From the IMG/VR virus record IMGVR_UViG_3300014697_000001, positions 96,001 through 160,000 of that record: a stretch of 64,000 nt of DNA. One strand, 5' to 3'. Under the pieces are notes generated by a model. That model made no database searches. It worked only from the letters and a program-made list of their open reading frames with translations, and had not been told where the DNA came from. The translations under genes and the position numbers were made by a program. Positions within the stretch are counted from its first letter, which is position 1; each line of letters opens with the position of its first letter. Positions 9,948 to 20,463 of this stretch are shown piece after piece. The stretch comes from a virus. Taxonomy: Duplodnaviria; Caudoviricetes.

Positions 9948-10586
9948 ATGAACACAATCCTCAAACAAGCCATGGCGCCCGTCTACGCCGTCAGCTTGGA
10001 GAGTAATGCAGAAGGGGCTACGGTCCAGGAACGGGAATATGAGATCTACGGCAAAGTCAAGGACCTTGAAGCACTGGCCAAGTCGGCAGACCGTCAGGAG
10101 TTCCAGGAACAGTGGGGCATGCCCTGCAACGTAGGGGGCGATACGGGCATAAACGGTAACATCCGTGTCCGCATGACAAAGACCGGTGACGGTGAGCCTG
10201 TCTACACCCAGACCATCAAGGTCAAACAACCCGACGGCAATCAAGAGAATGAAATGGAGATCTCGGCCGATACATTCGCTATCTTCCGTTCCTTGGTACC
10301 CACTGGTCTGAAAAAGACCCGTTACTTCTTCCCGGTCAAGGACAGTGACTTGGTGCTTGAAGTGGACGTCTTTGAAGATGCCGAGGGTGTCCAGCAATCG
10401 ATGGTCAAGATCGATCTGGAAGTACCGGATGGTGTGAAGATCGAAGAGGTGGAGATTCCCTTTGCCCTGGAAGACATCCGCGTGATCAAACCCGGCATCA
10501 AGACCCAGGAAGACGCAGAGTTCGCCAGGACGCTGTTTAAGAACTCTTTTGAAGTAAGCAACCCGATGCATCGCAAGAAGCACTAA
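9948..10586 (+). CDS. CYTH/triphosphate-tunnel-like protein, probably head-packaged
   Basis: ExE motif EREYEIY, RVR, KKTRYFF, LEVDVF, IDLEV; N-terminal VSLES site. Confidence 0.65.
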   Translation: MNTILKQAMAPVYAVSLESNAEGATVQEREYEIYGKVKDLEALAKSADRQEFQEQWGMPCNVGGDTGINGNIRVRMTKTGDGEPVYTQTIKVKQPDGNQENEMEISADTFAIFRSLVPTGLKKTRYFFPVKDSDLVLEVDVFEDAEGVQQSMVKIDLEVPDGVKIEEVEIPFALEDIRVIKPGIKTQEDAEFARTLFKNSFEVSNPMHRKKH

Positions 10587-10593
10587 CATGCCG

Positions 10594-10639
10594 CATAGAG
10601 CCTCCTAGAGCCTTTGAAGGGGCTCTAGGAGGCTCTATG
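10594..10639. terminator. bidirectional hairpin, CATA...TATG type
   Basis: CATAGAGCCTCCTAGAGCC...GGCTCTAGGAGGCTCTATG. Confidence 0.8.
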
Positions 10640-10647
10640 TCTGTACA

Positions 10648-10851
10648 TCATGCAGGAGTCGGGGCCAGCAGGGTCAATAAGGTATCGAGAAGCTTATCGA
10701 GCATCTCCATGTTGAATGAGGTTCCCGCGCGCTGCGATAAAACAATTTCAGAAAGTACAACCAACAATACGACAGCCAGAATGACCATCTTGACGTAGAA
10801 AGCAAATCCACGTTTGTTCTCAGGTGGTGTTACAGGTTCAACATTACCCAT
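10648..10851 (-). CDS. small membrane protein
   Basis: 67 aa with one TM segment (MVILAVVLLVVLSEIVL). Confidence 0.6.
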   Translation of the reverse strand: MGNVEPVTPPENKRGFAFYVKMVILAVVLLVVLSEIVLSQRAGTSFNMEMLDKLLDTLLTLLAPTPA

Positions 10852-10861
10852 GGCCCGTTAC

Positions 10862-11332
10862 TCACGGTAGGTTTAATAGGGACGGGAAGAAGATCTTAGC
10901 CGCCTCTGCAAACACCTCGGACCAATCGATTGGTCCGTTTCCTGGCAGGAGACTGATCATAACCATTGCGACTATGGTCATCGTCGCCACTGCCACCGCC
11001 ACTATGACAAAGACCGGACTCTTCATGGCCTTACACAGCTTACGGGTTTCATCTTCAGGTGTAGTCTCTTCAAACTCTACCACCATGCCACCACCCACTG
11101 GGGCAGTGATACGGCAGTGACCGGTGTCCAGGTTAGCCCTAAGCACCAGATCCTTCACATCCGCACCCAGAGAATTCAGGGCGCGGTCAACATCGTGGCC
11201 GGTTGAAGACAGCTTCAAACGAAATTCTTCAGTGACGAACAGGTTGACCGTATCGACAACCACGCACCCCCACGGAAACTCTTCGAGCTCATCGTCACCA
11301 ATTACCTTTATCACGTCAGACAGTAGCATCAT
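10862..11332 (-). CDS. membrane protein
   Basis: C-terminal TM segment VFVIVAVAVATMTIVAMVMISLL. Confidence 0.6.
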   Translation of the reverse strand: MMLLSDVIKVIGDDELEEFPWGCVVVDTVNLFVTEEFRLKLSSTGHDVDRALNSLGADVKDLVLRANLDTGHCRITAPVGGGMVVEFEETTPEDETRKLCKAMKSPVFVIVAVAVATMTIVAMVMISLLPGNGPIDWSEVFAEAAKIFFPSLLNLP

Positions 11333-11347
11333 GACGCCCCTCATGGT

Positions 11348-11938
11348 CTATGGCTTGGCGAAACCCGTCGCACTTCTCACATCTCGACCATGGGCCACGG
11401 CCACAGCGATTGCATCGTACTCGTGTTCCGTCAGCGCGTCTTTGTGGATTCCCTCTCGATAGCGAATGTTTTCCATTCTAAGAACGCAGTCCTTCATGAC
11501 TGCCTTTTTCATGGTGAAGTTAGCAGGCTGAACAGCCCGCTTGGCTTGACCAGGGGTGACGCGGATAATGTCACTGCCTAGACCGTAATCTTCTACAGCC
11601 AGTCGAATGAAAATCATCATCTCTGTCAGGGTTTCAAAGCTCTGTACCCGACGTGGCATGAAGAATGGAGTCTCCACAGCCACGACATGAGGGTTAAAGA
11701 ATCGCAATGCACTGGCCACCGCATCTTGCAATGCGTGCTGGCGTGCCCAACGAGCCCCGTGCGATGAAACCAACCCCTGGTAGTCCTTTAGGATCTTCTC
11801 GGCCACGAAGGTTTCGGCAGTGACGACCTCGTACAATCCAGTACGCAAATCCAGGTCTGTCACCACCATCCCTAACATAGACGAGCCGTTATCGATCCCC
11901 ATGATGCGGTAGATGAATGACTCATCGTTAAACTGCAT
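11348..11938 (-). CDS. ruvC: RuvC-like Holliday junction resolvase
   Basis: IMGIDNGS, VAVETPF, TPGQAKRAV, HEYDAIAVA catalytic pattern. Confidence 0.9.
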   Translation of the reverse strand: MQFNDESFIYRIMGIDNGSSMLGMVVTDLDLRTGLYEVVTAETFVAEKILKDYQGLVSSHGARWARQHALQDAVASALRFFNPHVVAVETPFFMPRRVQSFETLTEMMIFIRLAVEDYGLGSDIIRVTPGQAKRAVQPANFTMKKAVMKDCVLRMENIRYREGIHKDALTEHEYDAIAVAVAHGRDVRSATGFAKP

Positions 11939-11971
11939 GGCTAGGCCCCCAGGGAGTCAGTTTACCGGGTG

Positions 11972-12847
11972 TTAACCGCCCAGCATCTGCATGGACACCG
12001 TCGGGATCTGGCTGGTGCCAAGAAGCGGCTGGACAGCACCCACTTCCAGACTGAAGTCAAAGCCTTTGCTGTTGTAAATCAGCTCGTAGTGACCGCTGAT
12101 GATCGAGGCGATCTGGGCAGCAATGACTTCTTTGAAGTTGACTGCGCCAGACGGCGCATTGATCGACACATCGGCATCGATTCCTGTGCAGAAACCGAAC
12201 TCACTGATTACCGCCAACCGACGATCCCCAAACAGGGTCTCTGCGACGTTGTACAGCTCAGCCACGTCCTTTTCCGTGAACGGCATGGGCACGATAGCCG
12301 AAGTGGCCAGGTACTCGTTGCTGGTGGTCACCGCGCCGGTGTTGGGGATCTCTGGCGGCGTAGGGGAGAGGTTGGCTTCGGTGTAGACGTAGTCTTCGAC
12401 GATGGTTTGATCATCGAGAATGGTGCGCTTGGTCATCCGAGGACGGACCGACGACAGGTCCAGCCGCTTCCCGTAATAGGCAACGAGGTTCACGGAATCA
12501 ACCGTGATGGTCTTGCGCAGGCAGTAGCGGGTTCGCTCACCGGCAGTCAGGTCGTCATTGATCGGACGAACCACGAACGGCAGGTGATGGTACAGGCCAG
12601 CGTCTGCCGAGGTATGGTCGACACCCTGGCTCAAGGGGATGTTGTTCGGCCCCATGGTGTAGCCGTGTCCACCGATACCGATGGTGAAGAACTTCAATGT
12701 CGGGCGAGCGTTGGGCGGTATGGCTGCGCTGGCTTGGATATCGAACTTCTGGTTGAGCGTGGTGTTCTCTTCTTTAACAAAGGAACTGCCAAGGAAGTTG
12801 GCTACCTGAAGGTAGTTGGACAGTTGGGTTGGGACAATCTTTTGCAT
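11972..12847 (-). CDS. putative virion (tail/baseplate) structural protein
   Basis: 291 aa; TTLNQKF and HLPFVVRP segments recalled from phiKZ-like structural proteins; in a late operon. Confidence 0.6.
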   Translation of the reverse strand: MQKIVPTQLSNYLQVANFLGSSFVKEENTTLNQKFDIQASAAIPPNARPTLKFFTIGIGGHGYTMGPNNIPLSQGVDHTSADAGLYHHLPFVVRPINDDLTAGERTRYCLRKTITVDSVNLVAYYGKRLDLSSVRPRMTKRTILDDQTIVEDYVYTEANLSPTPPEIPNTGAVTTSNEYLATSAIVPMPFTEKDVAELYNVAETLFGDRRLAVISEFGFCTGIDADVSINAPSGAVNFKEVIAAQIASIISGHYELIYNSKGFDFSLEVGAVQPLLGTSQIPTVSMQMLGG

Positions 12848-12898
12848 GGCGAGGCCTTTAGCAAGCGTAAAGATAGGGTATGGTCATAGAATTCGCTT

Positions 12899-13918
12899 TC
12901 ATTGATCCTGGATCGGCAGGTGATCAATGCGCGAACGTCGCAGCCAGTTCTCGTGGTTGTAGTAGCCGATGATCCACTGGCCTGCGAGGTTATTCGAGTA
13001 CTCGTCATGGAACTGAATAATCAAAGCATTGGAGACCTTAGGGTCATTGATGTAGATCTCGCCCGTGTTCAGACCGTTGTAGACTACCTTTGCCCCATAG
13101 AGGTTAAATGGCAGCGGGCGCTTCTCGAACACCCACTCATCACCAGTGACCCGTTTGGCCATATCCACCGCCCAGGCCCCAACCAGATCACCGTGCTTGA
13201 GGTGCTTGAGGGTATGGTCGTAATCAACGAAGCGATCCATGGGTAGGATCATCTCGGCTGGAAGCTTGTCGTGATTGCCCGGCCCCAGGTAACGCTTGAC
13301 TTCCAGGGTTGTCTTGATCGGACGATCCAGAAGCTGGACAGCCTCACGGATATAGACCTTGATTTCACCCATCCAGATCGGGTGTTCTGGATTGATCTTG
13401 ACGTTGGCATTCCAGGTCACAGGTGGAATGTAGTCGTCACATTCGATATCATTCTCAATGATCGACCCCATGTGCGTTTGAAAGAGCACGGTGGTGATGT
13501 CGATCTGTTCGAAGTCGATGGTGACCAGGTGAGGTTCAAGGTGAAGTCCGTACTGATCCTTCAGTGCCTTGAGGATCACCGCATCGGAATTTTCCACTGC
13601 ATAGATGACAAACGGTACTGCAGCAAAATGGTCCTGGATGATCCGCCGGCGGTAGGTCAGGTGCTGCGAGCGGCGCCAGCCCGATTCCGGTGTCGGCTTG
13701 ACTTCGATCCGCGTCAGCGTGGTGACGTTGGGGCGCTGAAGATCGTAGTCGTGAACGTGAGGCAGGTTAATCGGGATCTCTCGATCTTGCTCGGGGATGG
13801 GAGGACCGAAGGTAACCTGCCATGGCTCGATAGCGGTGCCGTTGGTAAAGTTCAAAATGTCAAGCAGTTGCTGCTCGACCGGTTTGTTGTACTTCAGTGG
13901 ACGGATATACATACCCAC
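12899..13918 (-). CDS. putative virion structural protein
   Basis: 339 aa in structural operon; LTYRRR motif echoed in neighbours. Confidence 0.6.
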   Translation of the reverse strand: MGMYIRPLKYNKPVEQQLLDILNFTNGTAIEPWQVTFGPPIPEQDREIPINLPHVHDYDLQRPNVTTLTRIEVKPTPESGWRRSQHLTYRRRIIQDHFAAVPFVIYAVENSDAVILKALKDQYGLHLEPHLVTIDFEQIDITTVLFQTHMGSIIENDIECDDYIPPVTWNANVKINPEHPIWMGEIKVYIREAVQLLDRPIKTTLEVKRYLGPGNHDKLPAEMILPMDRFVDYDHTLKHLKHGDLVGAWAVDMAKRVTGDEWVFEKRPLPFNLYGAKVVYNGLNTGEIYINDPKVSNALIIQFHDEYSNNLAGQWIIGYYNHENWLRRSRIDHLPIQDQ

Positions 13919-13923
13919 CTCTA

Positions 13924-14370
13924 TTAGGGTTGTTGCAGGACGGTGAGTTGACCGTACCAGCGAAGCGATTTAGGGGAAGCCTTCAGAATGTTACTCTCAG
14001 GCGTCAGGACCTGGTCCATAAAGTCACTGGGATCAAAAACTATCCCTGAGCGTTGGGTCAGGATGCGCCCGACGTCGTAGCTGACAATCTGACCACTGTA
14101 CGGAATACGAACAGCCCCGGCAAAGAGCGCACCTATATCCAAGCGCTGGATGGTAATCAGGGCTTGATTGGTGAAGCGGTTCTCTTCGCTGTTGGGGGGT
14201 ATGGAAGCCGCTTTCAACCGCAGGCTGACTTGCGGACCTTCACTGCCAATGACTTCTGTCAGCTCCACGTAACGTGGGTTGAGTTGTGTGCCGTGCTGTT
14301 CATTGAAACTGATCAGTGCGGCCTCGTACGGTGTAAAACGCAGGAGTTGTTCAAGACTAAAGTTCGCCAC
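13924..14370 (-). CDS. putative virion structural protein
   Basis: 148 aa; QRLD...SLRWYGQL module similar to that in 14373-15359. Confidence 0.6.
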   Translation of the reverse strand: MANFSLEQLLRFTPYEAALISFNEQHGTQLNPRYVELTEVIGSEGPQVSLRLKAASIPPNSEENRFTNQALITIQRLDIGALFAGAVRIPYSGQIVSYDVGRILTQRSGIVFDPSDFMDQVLTPESNILKASPKSLRWYGQLTVLQQP

Positions 14371-14372
14371 AG

Positions 14373-15359
14373 TTACACCGCTCGATAATCAATGGTTAGT
14401 TCGCCCACGTACCGCAGGTTCTGAGGCTTGAAGGCAATGGACAGGGTGGCGAGGTCACCCGCTGTCAGCATGGAGAAGGTAGTGGCGACGACATCGTCAC
14501 TGGACAATGGAAACCCTGTCTGAGTACTGGCTTGATTCAGGATGTAGTTGAGGGTTGGCAGCGGTGGACCTTCCATGTAGATCTGATCACCCATGGTGTA
14601 CCATCCGAAGTCCAGTCGACTGTAGATGACATCCAGATCACCGAGGTAATACCCCTCACCACTGGCAGTCAACCGAATCCGACTGTTGTCATGGGCATAC
14701 CCACCCATCACCTCGACCGGGCTCAACGTGATCCGGTCAATTTCCAAGGGGTAAGGTAAGGTGTCGGGATTGGCAGCCGTTAACTGCGACAGCAGGACCG
14801 CCTTGACGTTGGTGTCAAAGTCAGTGGGGGTCCGGAAACCCGTAACCGTACGATTTGGCAGTACATCTATCAGCTGACGCTGTAGCGGCTTGACCTCAAA
14901 GGGGGCTCCTCCATAAAGCAGGAACTGACCGTCTTTGATGGTCATTGTGTGTTGACCGAAGGTGGCAATGGACTGCTCGACAAATTGCTCCGACCGGTCG
15001 TATAGCCCAGCACGGTCAAACCACCCCCGCATCAACGTCTTGGCAGTAACAGGCAGGTCAGCACGCAGGATAGAACCGTAGCGCTGCACCATGGCGCTCA
15101 TGGGAATGCGACGATATGTCAGCTGGATCTTGTCCTGATACCCCCAGTAGTCGATCATGGATTTAGCAGGGGCAATACCCACCTCGATCAACGCCTGAGT
15201 GGGATTTGCCGGGTCAGTGACAGGTACAGAATGTTCAAACCCCTCTACTTCAACACCTGCCTTCACCATGGAGCGAAGCAGGCGATAAAACGCCTGCTCG
15301 TCGTTTTCCTGGAGAGCAGCTTGGGTGTTACTAGGGCCATTAAGGATTGACGAAGTCAT
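14373..15359 (-). CDS. putative virion structural protein (start uncertain)
   Basis: two YRRI/YSRLD...LRYVGEL-like modules. Confidence 0.6.
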   Translation of the reverse strand: MTSSILNGPSNTQAALQENDEQAFYRLLRSMVKAGVEVEGFEHSVPVTDPANPTQALIEVGIAPAKSMIDYWGYQDKIQLTYRRIPMSAMVQRYGSILRADLPVTAKTLMRGWFDRAGLYDRSEQFVEQSIATFGQHTMTIKDGQFLLYGGAPFEVKPLQRQLIDVLPNRTVTGFRTPTDFDTNVKAVLLSQLTAANPDTLPYPLEIDRITLSPVEVMGGYAHDNSRIRLTASGEGYYLGDLDVIYSRLDFGWYTMGDQIYMEGPPLPTLNYILNQASTQTGFPLSSDDVVATTFSMLTAGDLATLSIAFKPQNLRYVGELTIDYRAV

Positions 15360-17529
15360 TGGACACAGTCCTGTTAAAAAGGTCTGCAATCGGCTTGCTT
15401 GCCAATGCAGGAATGGTGACCGTGGTGTTGTTCAGTTGACTGAGGTCGAGTGACGGCTGACCGAGAACAGTGACCAGTGAGTTCAGCATCAGTCCGCCTT
15501 CCAGGTGCTGGTTAAGACCACTGAGGTTGAAGTCAATCCCAAGGTCCAAACCAAACTCATGGGCAGCACTGCGGGACAGGTCCTGAATAGTCATCCCGGA
15601 CAGGTCGATTACCCCTTTGAGCTTTGCCGCGCCATAAAAGTCTAAAGGCGTTACCTGAGGCACTGGTAGCTGCACGTCATGTCCAACCCAACCACCTGGG
15701 TTATGCCAGCGCAGATGAGGCCAATCCAACATGATCACGGCTTCATCGTTGATCTGCTGGATATAATGAACACTGTAGCTTGACAGCTGAGACATGATCC
15801 CCAACATGGCTTGCTGGATGTCCTTGACCGTCTGTGCGGTACGCAATTCCAACCCAGTGGCCTGATTCAGAATTCCCAGCATGATCTCATCGAGTTCTGC
15901 CTGGTTGTACTTCTCAAAGTCAAGGCTGCGGGCCCTGAGCCAATCGGCGTAATATTGTCCGTTGTCCATGTCCACCGGCATGTCAACATAGAACCGGTCA
16001 ACGAGAAGTTTTATCTCCCCGTATTGGAACAGGTCTTCCCGGTAAACATAGAGGTCTCGATGCAACAGCATCCGACGCTGAATGTTCTGACTTAGCCTCA
16101 GGAATGAATCCACTGAAACATAAGACGTGATGCTTTCGTTGTCTCGCAGTGCCTCATGGATAAATGCGTCTGAGGTCACTGCCGTGGTCGTGATGGACCG
16201 CAGCTCCTCAAACGTCGGTAGAGGCTGACGACGGACTCGTTTGGCCATGATCCGTGGGATCTCGGTCAACTCGATACCCATGCGCCGGAAGTAAAGGTAC
16301 TGGTATACCAGGTACGCTTCCTTCATGCTGAGCTTGACGCCATCCCCACCGTCTGGCAACTGCATGATCAACACTGTACGGTACTGGCCACTGTCAGCCA
16401 AATAGATCCAGTGGTTGAGTAGGACCTCGCTCAGGGTATAGGGTTCCGATTCCTTAAGGTCAATGACGTTGGATTCCAGTGACTTGGTACGCACCTCCGA
16501 CGTCAAGCTGCGGCTCATGGCCTCTGGCACGTATTGCTCGGCGTAGAAGTTTTCTTCGTCGTTGGAGCGCGCCAAGGTACGCTGCAGATCCAACATCATC
16601 CGAGGTGTCTTGATGTCTTCACCCAAAGCCGACGGGATGGCATTGACACTCATGCGTTCGAACTGTATCTCGGGGTCCATTTGTTCCAGTAGATTGGTGT
16701 CATTTTGCTGCATGACGTATTCGGCCAGTGGGAACTTTCGTTCGGTCATGACCTTACCCACCAGCTCCTGGAACATTTCGTCCTTGCCATTGTTGTTCAG
16801 GATATAGCGGATGTTCCGGTAGAAGTACAGGCGCTGGAACTCATTCATCGAGTCGTAGTACTTATCCAGCGGACCAAAACTAGCCAGGTATCGACGGATG
16901 TGGTAACTGTGGACGCGATTGGTTCGTGCATTGGCCGATCGGATGGATTTGATCGCTTCCGGCATGGCCATAAACAGGACACCCAGGCGCGCCATGACAA
17001 AATACGCGTTGTTGATACGGTAGTCGTCATTTGCCCAACGGACAAACTGAGCATTGATCCAGTTCTGCAGCTCTGTAATGAGGTTGACTTCGCGTGCTTC
17101 AACTTCAGCGGCGTCATGATACAGAATACTATGATCCGGCGCAGTTATTGCTGTGCTCAGGTCCACCGGGTTTAAAATCCCGTGGATCAGTGCATCTTGA
17201 GCGGGGTAGCGCGCCAACAGTTCTTTATAGTAACGAGACCCGTACTGATATTCGCGCCAGGTGGCACGGTGCAGGGTCATGTTTTCCTTGGTGAACTCGA
17301 TGTTCTCATGGGTGTCCATGGACACCACTGTCATCACAGTGTCCGACGGATGGTACTGACCTGCAAGGTTCAGGTAATACTTCCATGTCTCGGGACGGTC
17401 ATCCAACACCTCATGACCAAGAAGGGCTAGGCGCTGGTTGATGATGGTGGAGGTTGCTTCGTCCTTGACCACCAAAGTTGCTGCCAGTCGAATCACCGAC
17501 TCGTGATAAATCTGATACAGAGTACTCAT
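15340..17529 (-). CDS. virion structural protein, baseplate-like (phiKZ gp128-like)
   Basis: 729 aa; WKYYLNLAGQYH motif; divergent from portal-like gene. Confidence 0.65.
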   Translation of the reverse strand: MSTLYQIYHESVIRLAATLVVKDEATSTIINQRLALLGHEVLDDRPETWKYYLNLAGQYHPSDTVMTVVSMDTHENIEFTKENMTLHRATWREYQYGSRYYKELLARYPAQDALIHGILNPVDLSTAITAPDHSILYHDAAEVEAREVNLITELQNWINAQFVRWANDDYRINNAYFVMARLGVLFMAMPEAIKSIRSANARTNRVHSYHIRRYLASFGPLDKYYDSMNEFQRLYFYRNIRYILNNNGKDEMFQELVGKVMTERKFPLAEYVMQQNDTNLLEQMDPEIQFERMSVNAIPSALGEDIKTPRMMLDLQRTLARSNDEENFYAEQYVPEAMSRSLTSEVRTKSLESNVIDLKESEPYTLSEVLLNHWIYLADSGQYRTVLIMQLPDGGDGVKLSMKEAYLVYQYLYFRRMGIELTEIPRIMAKRVRRQPLPTFEELRSITTTAVTSDAFIHEALRDNESITSYVSVDSFLRLSQNIQRRMLLHRDLYVYREDLFQYGEIKLLVDRFYVDMPVDMDNGQYYADWLRARSLDFEKYNQAELDEIMLGILNQATGLELRTAQTVKDIQQAMLGIMSQLSSYSVHYIQQINDEAVIMLDWPHLRWHNPGGWVGHDVQLPVPQVTPLDFYGAAKLKGVIDLSGMTIQDLSRSAAHEFGLDLGIDFNLSGLNQHLEGGLMLNSLVTVLGQPSLDLSQLNNTTVTIPALASKPIADLFNRTVSNDFVNP

Positions 17530-17556
17530 CGTTTAAGATCCAAAAGGAGTAGTGAG

Positions 17557-20460
17557 ATGGCCGACGAAACACGCCGCTTTCCCAGGTTCTTGTCAACGCG
17601 TGACATTGACAATGAAACCAAAGCGGCACTCAGCAAGATGCAGCCTGACCCGCGTGGCGCTGCGACGCCCCGGCAAAATATGCGTCTGCCAGACAACCGT
17701 GTGTTGGCGCATGTGGCTAACACAACGATTGGCAATATTCGCGATGCACGCAACCTTTTCCAGATCCTTCCGGACATGGATTATGCGCGTCAGATCCTGA
17801 TTTCAGCTACGCTGGCACCAGGTGACCTGACAGATGCCAAGGTGCTGTACACGATTAAAAACCAGAAACTGGATTCCAACCTGACCGGACCCTTACTGAG
17901 GAAGGTCCAGGAATTCTTCGATGACTCCTATAGGATTACGTCGCTGCTGCAGCCTATTCTCAACGATGTTCTGTTTGAGAAGGGTTCGTATCCTATCTTG
18001 GTTTTGCCCGAGTCTTCCATTGACCGCATTATCAACGCAGACAACTACAGTGGTGTGTCTCTGGAATCGGCAGTGCAGCAGCTCGATGGCCACATTCGTC
18101 AGGAAACCGACAACAAAGGACGTTACCTGCCATGGGGTGTACTGGGCCAAGGGTCCACCAATCCTGAAAAGGTTGACTCGTACACGGGCGTCTCGTTCGA
18201 ATCGATCAACTACCGCACTGATCAGTATAACCATGAGGTCAATGTAACCGGTATCAAGGTCTCGCTGGAGAACCTGATTCCTGAAGACAGTGAGCACCGT
18301 GATCAGCGCAGTAAGCTCAGTGAATTGTCCAAAACGATGCAGAAGGCGATTACTGATAAGGGGTCCACTATCGAGGTGTTGGATAACCTCAACATCCTCA
18401 AACGGCCGATGGTCGTGGAGACCCGTCGCAAGTTGGCTGTCAAGCGTATCTATGGTGGGCGTTTGCACTCCAGGGCGTCACTTGAGAGCCGGGCCGATCG
18501 GGGCGATCAGGACGCCAAGCGAACCTTGTCTGCCATCGAACGAAGCTTCTACAATAAGCGCCGTTACACCCACGTGCCAGTACAGCCGGTGATGACGCAT
18601 CGGCAGACGGGGGTTGAAACCTACGGTCATCCGTTGGTCATGCACCTGCCGGCTGAATCAGTAATCCCGATCCACGTCCCCGGTAACCCAGCAGAGCATG
18701 TCGGGTACTACGTTCTACTGGATGTCGATGGTAACCCTATCGATGTCGCCGATCAGAGCTCGTACTACGACGACATCAAAGCTCAGATGAACAACGTCGA
18801 CAGCTACGCCAGCCAAATGATTCAGCAAGCCCGCCGTGGGTTTGAAGGCATGGGCGGCTTTCAGAACGAAATCATTGACGAACTGGGGCGCATTCACGGG
18901 GAGGTGATCGAGGGTGATCTGCTGAGCCGCCTACGTTCTGGGGCATTGTCTGGCAACTACGAACTGGGCATGACTGAGAATCACAACCGTATCTGGCTGG
19001 CGCGTCACCTGAAGGGTCAGCGGACCATGATCTTGTTTGTCCCTGCGGAGATGATGACCTACATTGCGTTTGACTACAACGAGTTCGGTGTAGGCAAGAC
19101 AGTGCTGGAAGACGGTAAGATTCTAGGTTCGATTCGTGCGGCGATCATGTTGGCTAACACGCTGGCTACGATCAACAACGCCGTGGGCGGAAAGACCCTG
19201 GAGATCACCCTGGACCCACAGGACGAAGACCCGGTCAGCACAGTAGAGTTCATGCTCTCTGAATACGCCAAGGTCAACAGCCAGGGGTTCAGTCGCATCG
19301 TAGGCTCGACGCACCCTCTAGGATTGGCGGATCAAATTCAAAATCACGGGGTGAATGTCGTCGTCAGTGGCAACACCCGCTACCCGGAAACCAAACTGGA
19401 CGTCAGTCAGCGTGAAGGCACCTCTCGCCCGATCGACACTGAGATGGAAGAGATGTACCGCCGTCGACACATCCAGATGTTCGGCCTGAGCCCTGAGATC
19501 ATGGAGGGTATCAACTCAACGGACTTTGCGACCACGGTAGTTCAGAACAACCTGATGCTGCTTAAGCGCGTGATCCAGAACCAGGACAAGTTCGATCCGT
19601 TCTTGACAGACTTCATCCGTAGCTACTTGCTCAACTCCGGAATCTTCCTGACTGAGATGCGCGAGTTCGTAACCGAGAACAAGAAGTTCTTGGACAACAC
19701 GGGCGAACAGAAGTTGTCTGAAGAGGAGCTGATTGACCAGTTCATCTTTGAATTCGTCGAGTCGCTACATGCTAACCTGCCAGCGCCTGAAGTGGGTGAT
19801 GTCAGCAAATCCATGCAGGGCTACGATGCGTACAGTGAGGCACTGGACAAGGTTATCGCGGCGTACATCAGTGAAGAGATGTTTGCATCTGATACCGCCA
19901 TTGGCATGGAGGAAATGATCCCAACCATCACCGCTGTGGTCAAAGCTGAATTCCAGCGTCGCTGGCTGCGTAAGCGCAACATCATGCCGGAAGTGGATAT
20001 CTTCACTACAGTCGACGAGGAAGATGGCTCTCCAGCCTTCAACCTGCTGGAGACAGCAAGCAACCATCTGGATGGACTCAATGGTTCGATCGCCGACTAC
20101 GTCAAAGAGTTGCTTACCGCGGCCAAGAAGCGGGCTAAAATCCTGAAAGATCTGGCAGACCGTAAACAGGAACTGCAAGAGATTAAGGATGAGGCCGGTG
20201 GTAGTGAGTTCGGCGGTGGGGATGACGCCGGCGGCGAGGAAAGCTTTGATGCCGAGGGAGGGGATGACGGCCTGGGTGGTGAGGAGGAGAGTTTTGACCT
20301 AGACGAACCTGCTGAAGGAGAAGTTCCAGACGACGAAGGACTGGACGAGGAGCTTCCTGAGGAAGGAGAAGAGCCTGCGGAGGAAGAACAGGCTGAAGAA
20401 GAGGAACCTGCCGAGGGAGAGGAAGAGGATTTGGATATCCCTGACGAACCTAAGGTGTAA
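17557..20460 (+). CDS. portal protein (phiKZ gp129-like) with acidic C-terminal tail
   Basis: 967 aa, AAGGAG RBS, internal S-x-E sites (VSLES, VSFES, VSLEN, ASLES), ~90-aa D/E/G-rich tail; synteny. Confidence 0.7.
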   Translation: MADETRRFPRFLSTRDIDNETKAALSKMQPDPRGAATPRQNMRLPDNRVLAHVANTTIGNIRDARNLFQILPDMDYARQILISATLAPGDLTDAKVLYTIKNQKLDSNLTGPLLRKVQEFFDDSYRITSLLQPILNDVLFEKGSYPILVLPESSIDRIINADNYSGVSLESAVQQLDGHIRQETDNKGRYLPWGVLGQGSTNPEKVDSYTGVSFESINYRTDQYNHEVNVTGIKVSLENLIPEDSEHRDQRSKLSELSKTMQKAITDKGSTIEVLDNLNILKRPMVVETRRKLAVKRIYGGRLHSRASLESRADRGDQDAKRTLSAIERSFYNKRRYTHVPVQPVMTHRQTGVETYGHPLVMHLPAESVIPIHVPGNPAEHVGYYVLLDVDGNPIDVADQSSYYDDIKAQMNNVDSYASQMIQQARRGFEGMGGFQNEIIDELGRIHGEVIEGDLLSRLRSGALSGNYELGMTENHNRIWLARHLKGQRTMILFVPAEMMTYIAFDYNEFGVGKTVLEDGKILGSIRAAIMLANTLATINNAVGGKTLEITLDPQDEDPVSTVEFMLSEYAKVNSQGFSRIVGSTHPLGLADQIQNHGVNVVVSGNTRYPETKLDVSQREGTSRPIDTEMEEMYRRRHIQMFGLSPEIMEGINSTDFATTVVQNNLMLLKRVIQNQDKFDPFLTDFIRSYLLNSGIFLTEMREFVTENKKFLDNTGEQKLSEEELIDQFIFEFVESLHANLPAPEVGDVSKSMQGYDAYSEALDKVIAAYISEEMFASDTAIGMEEMIPTITAVVKAEFQRRWLRKRNIMPEVDIFTTVDEEDGSPAFNLLETASNHLDGLNGSIADYVKELLTAAKKRAKILKDLADRKQELQEIKDEAGGSEFGGGDDAGGEESFDAEGGDDGLGGEEESFDLDEPAEGEVPDDEGLDEELPEEGEEPAEEEQAEEEEPAEGEEEDLDIPDEPKV

Positions 20461-20463
20461 CGA

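Noticed and set aside
15263-15340. TAATG-coupled 25-aa ORF (MALVTPKLL...) suggesting a frameshift into 14373-15359
   Set aside because: No canonical slippery heptamer, and an in-frame ATG exists at 15359; cannot be supported without reads or homologues.
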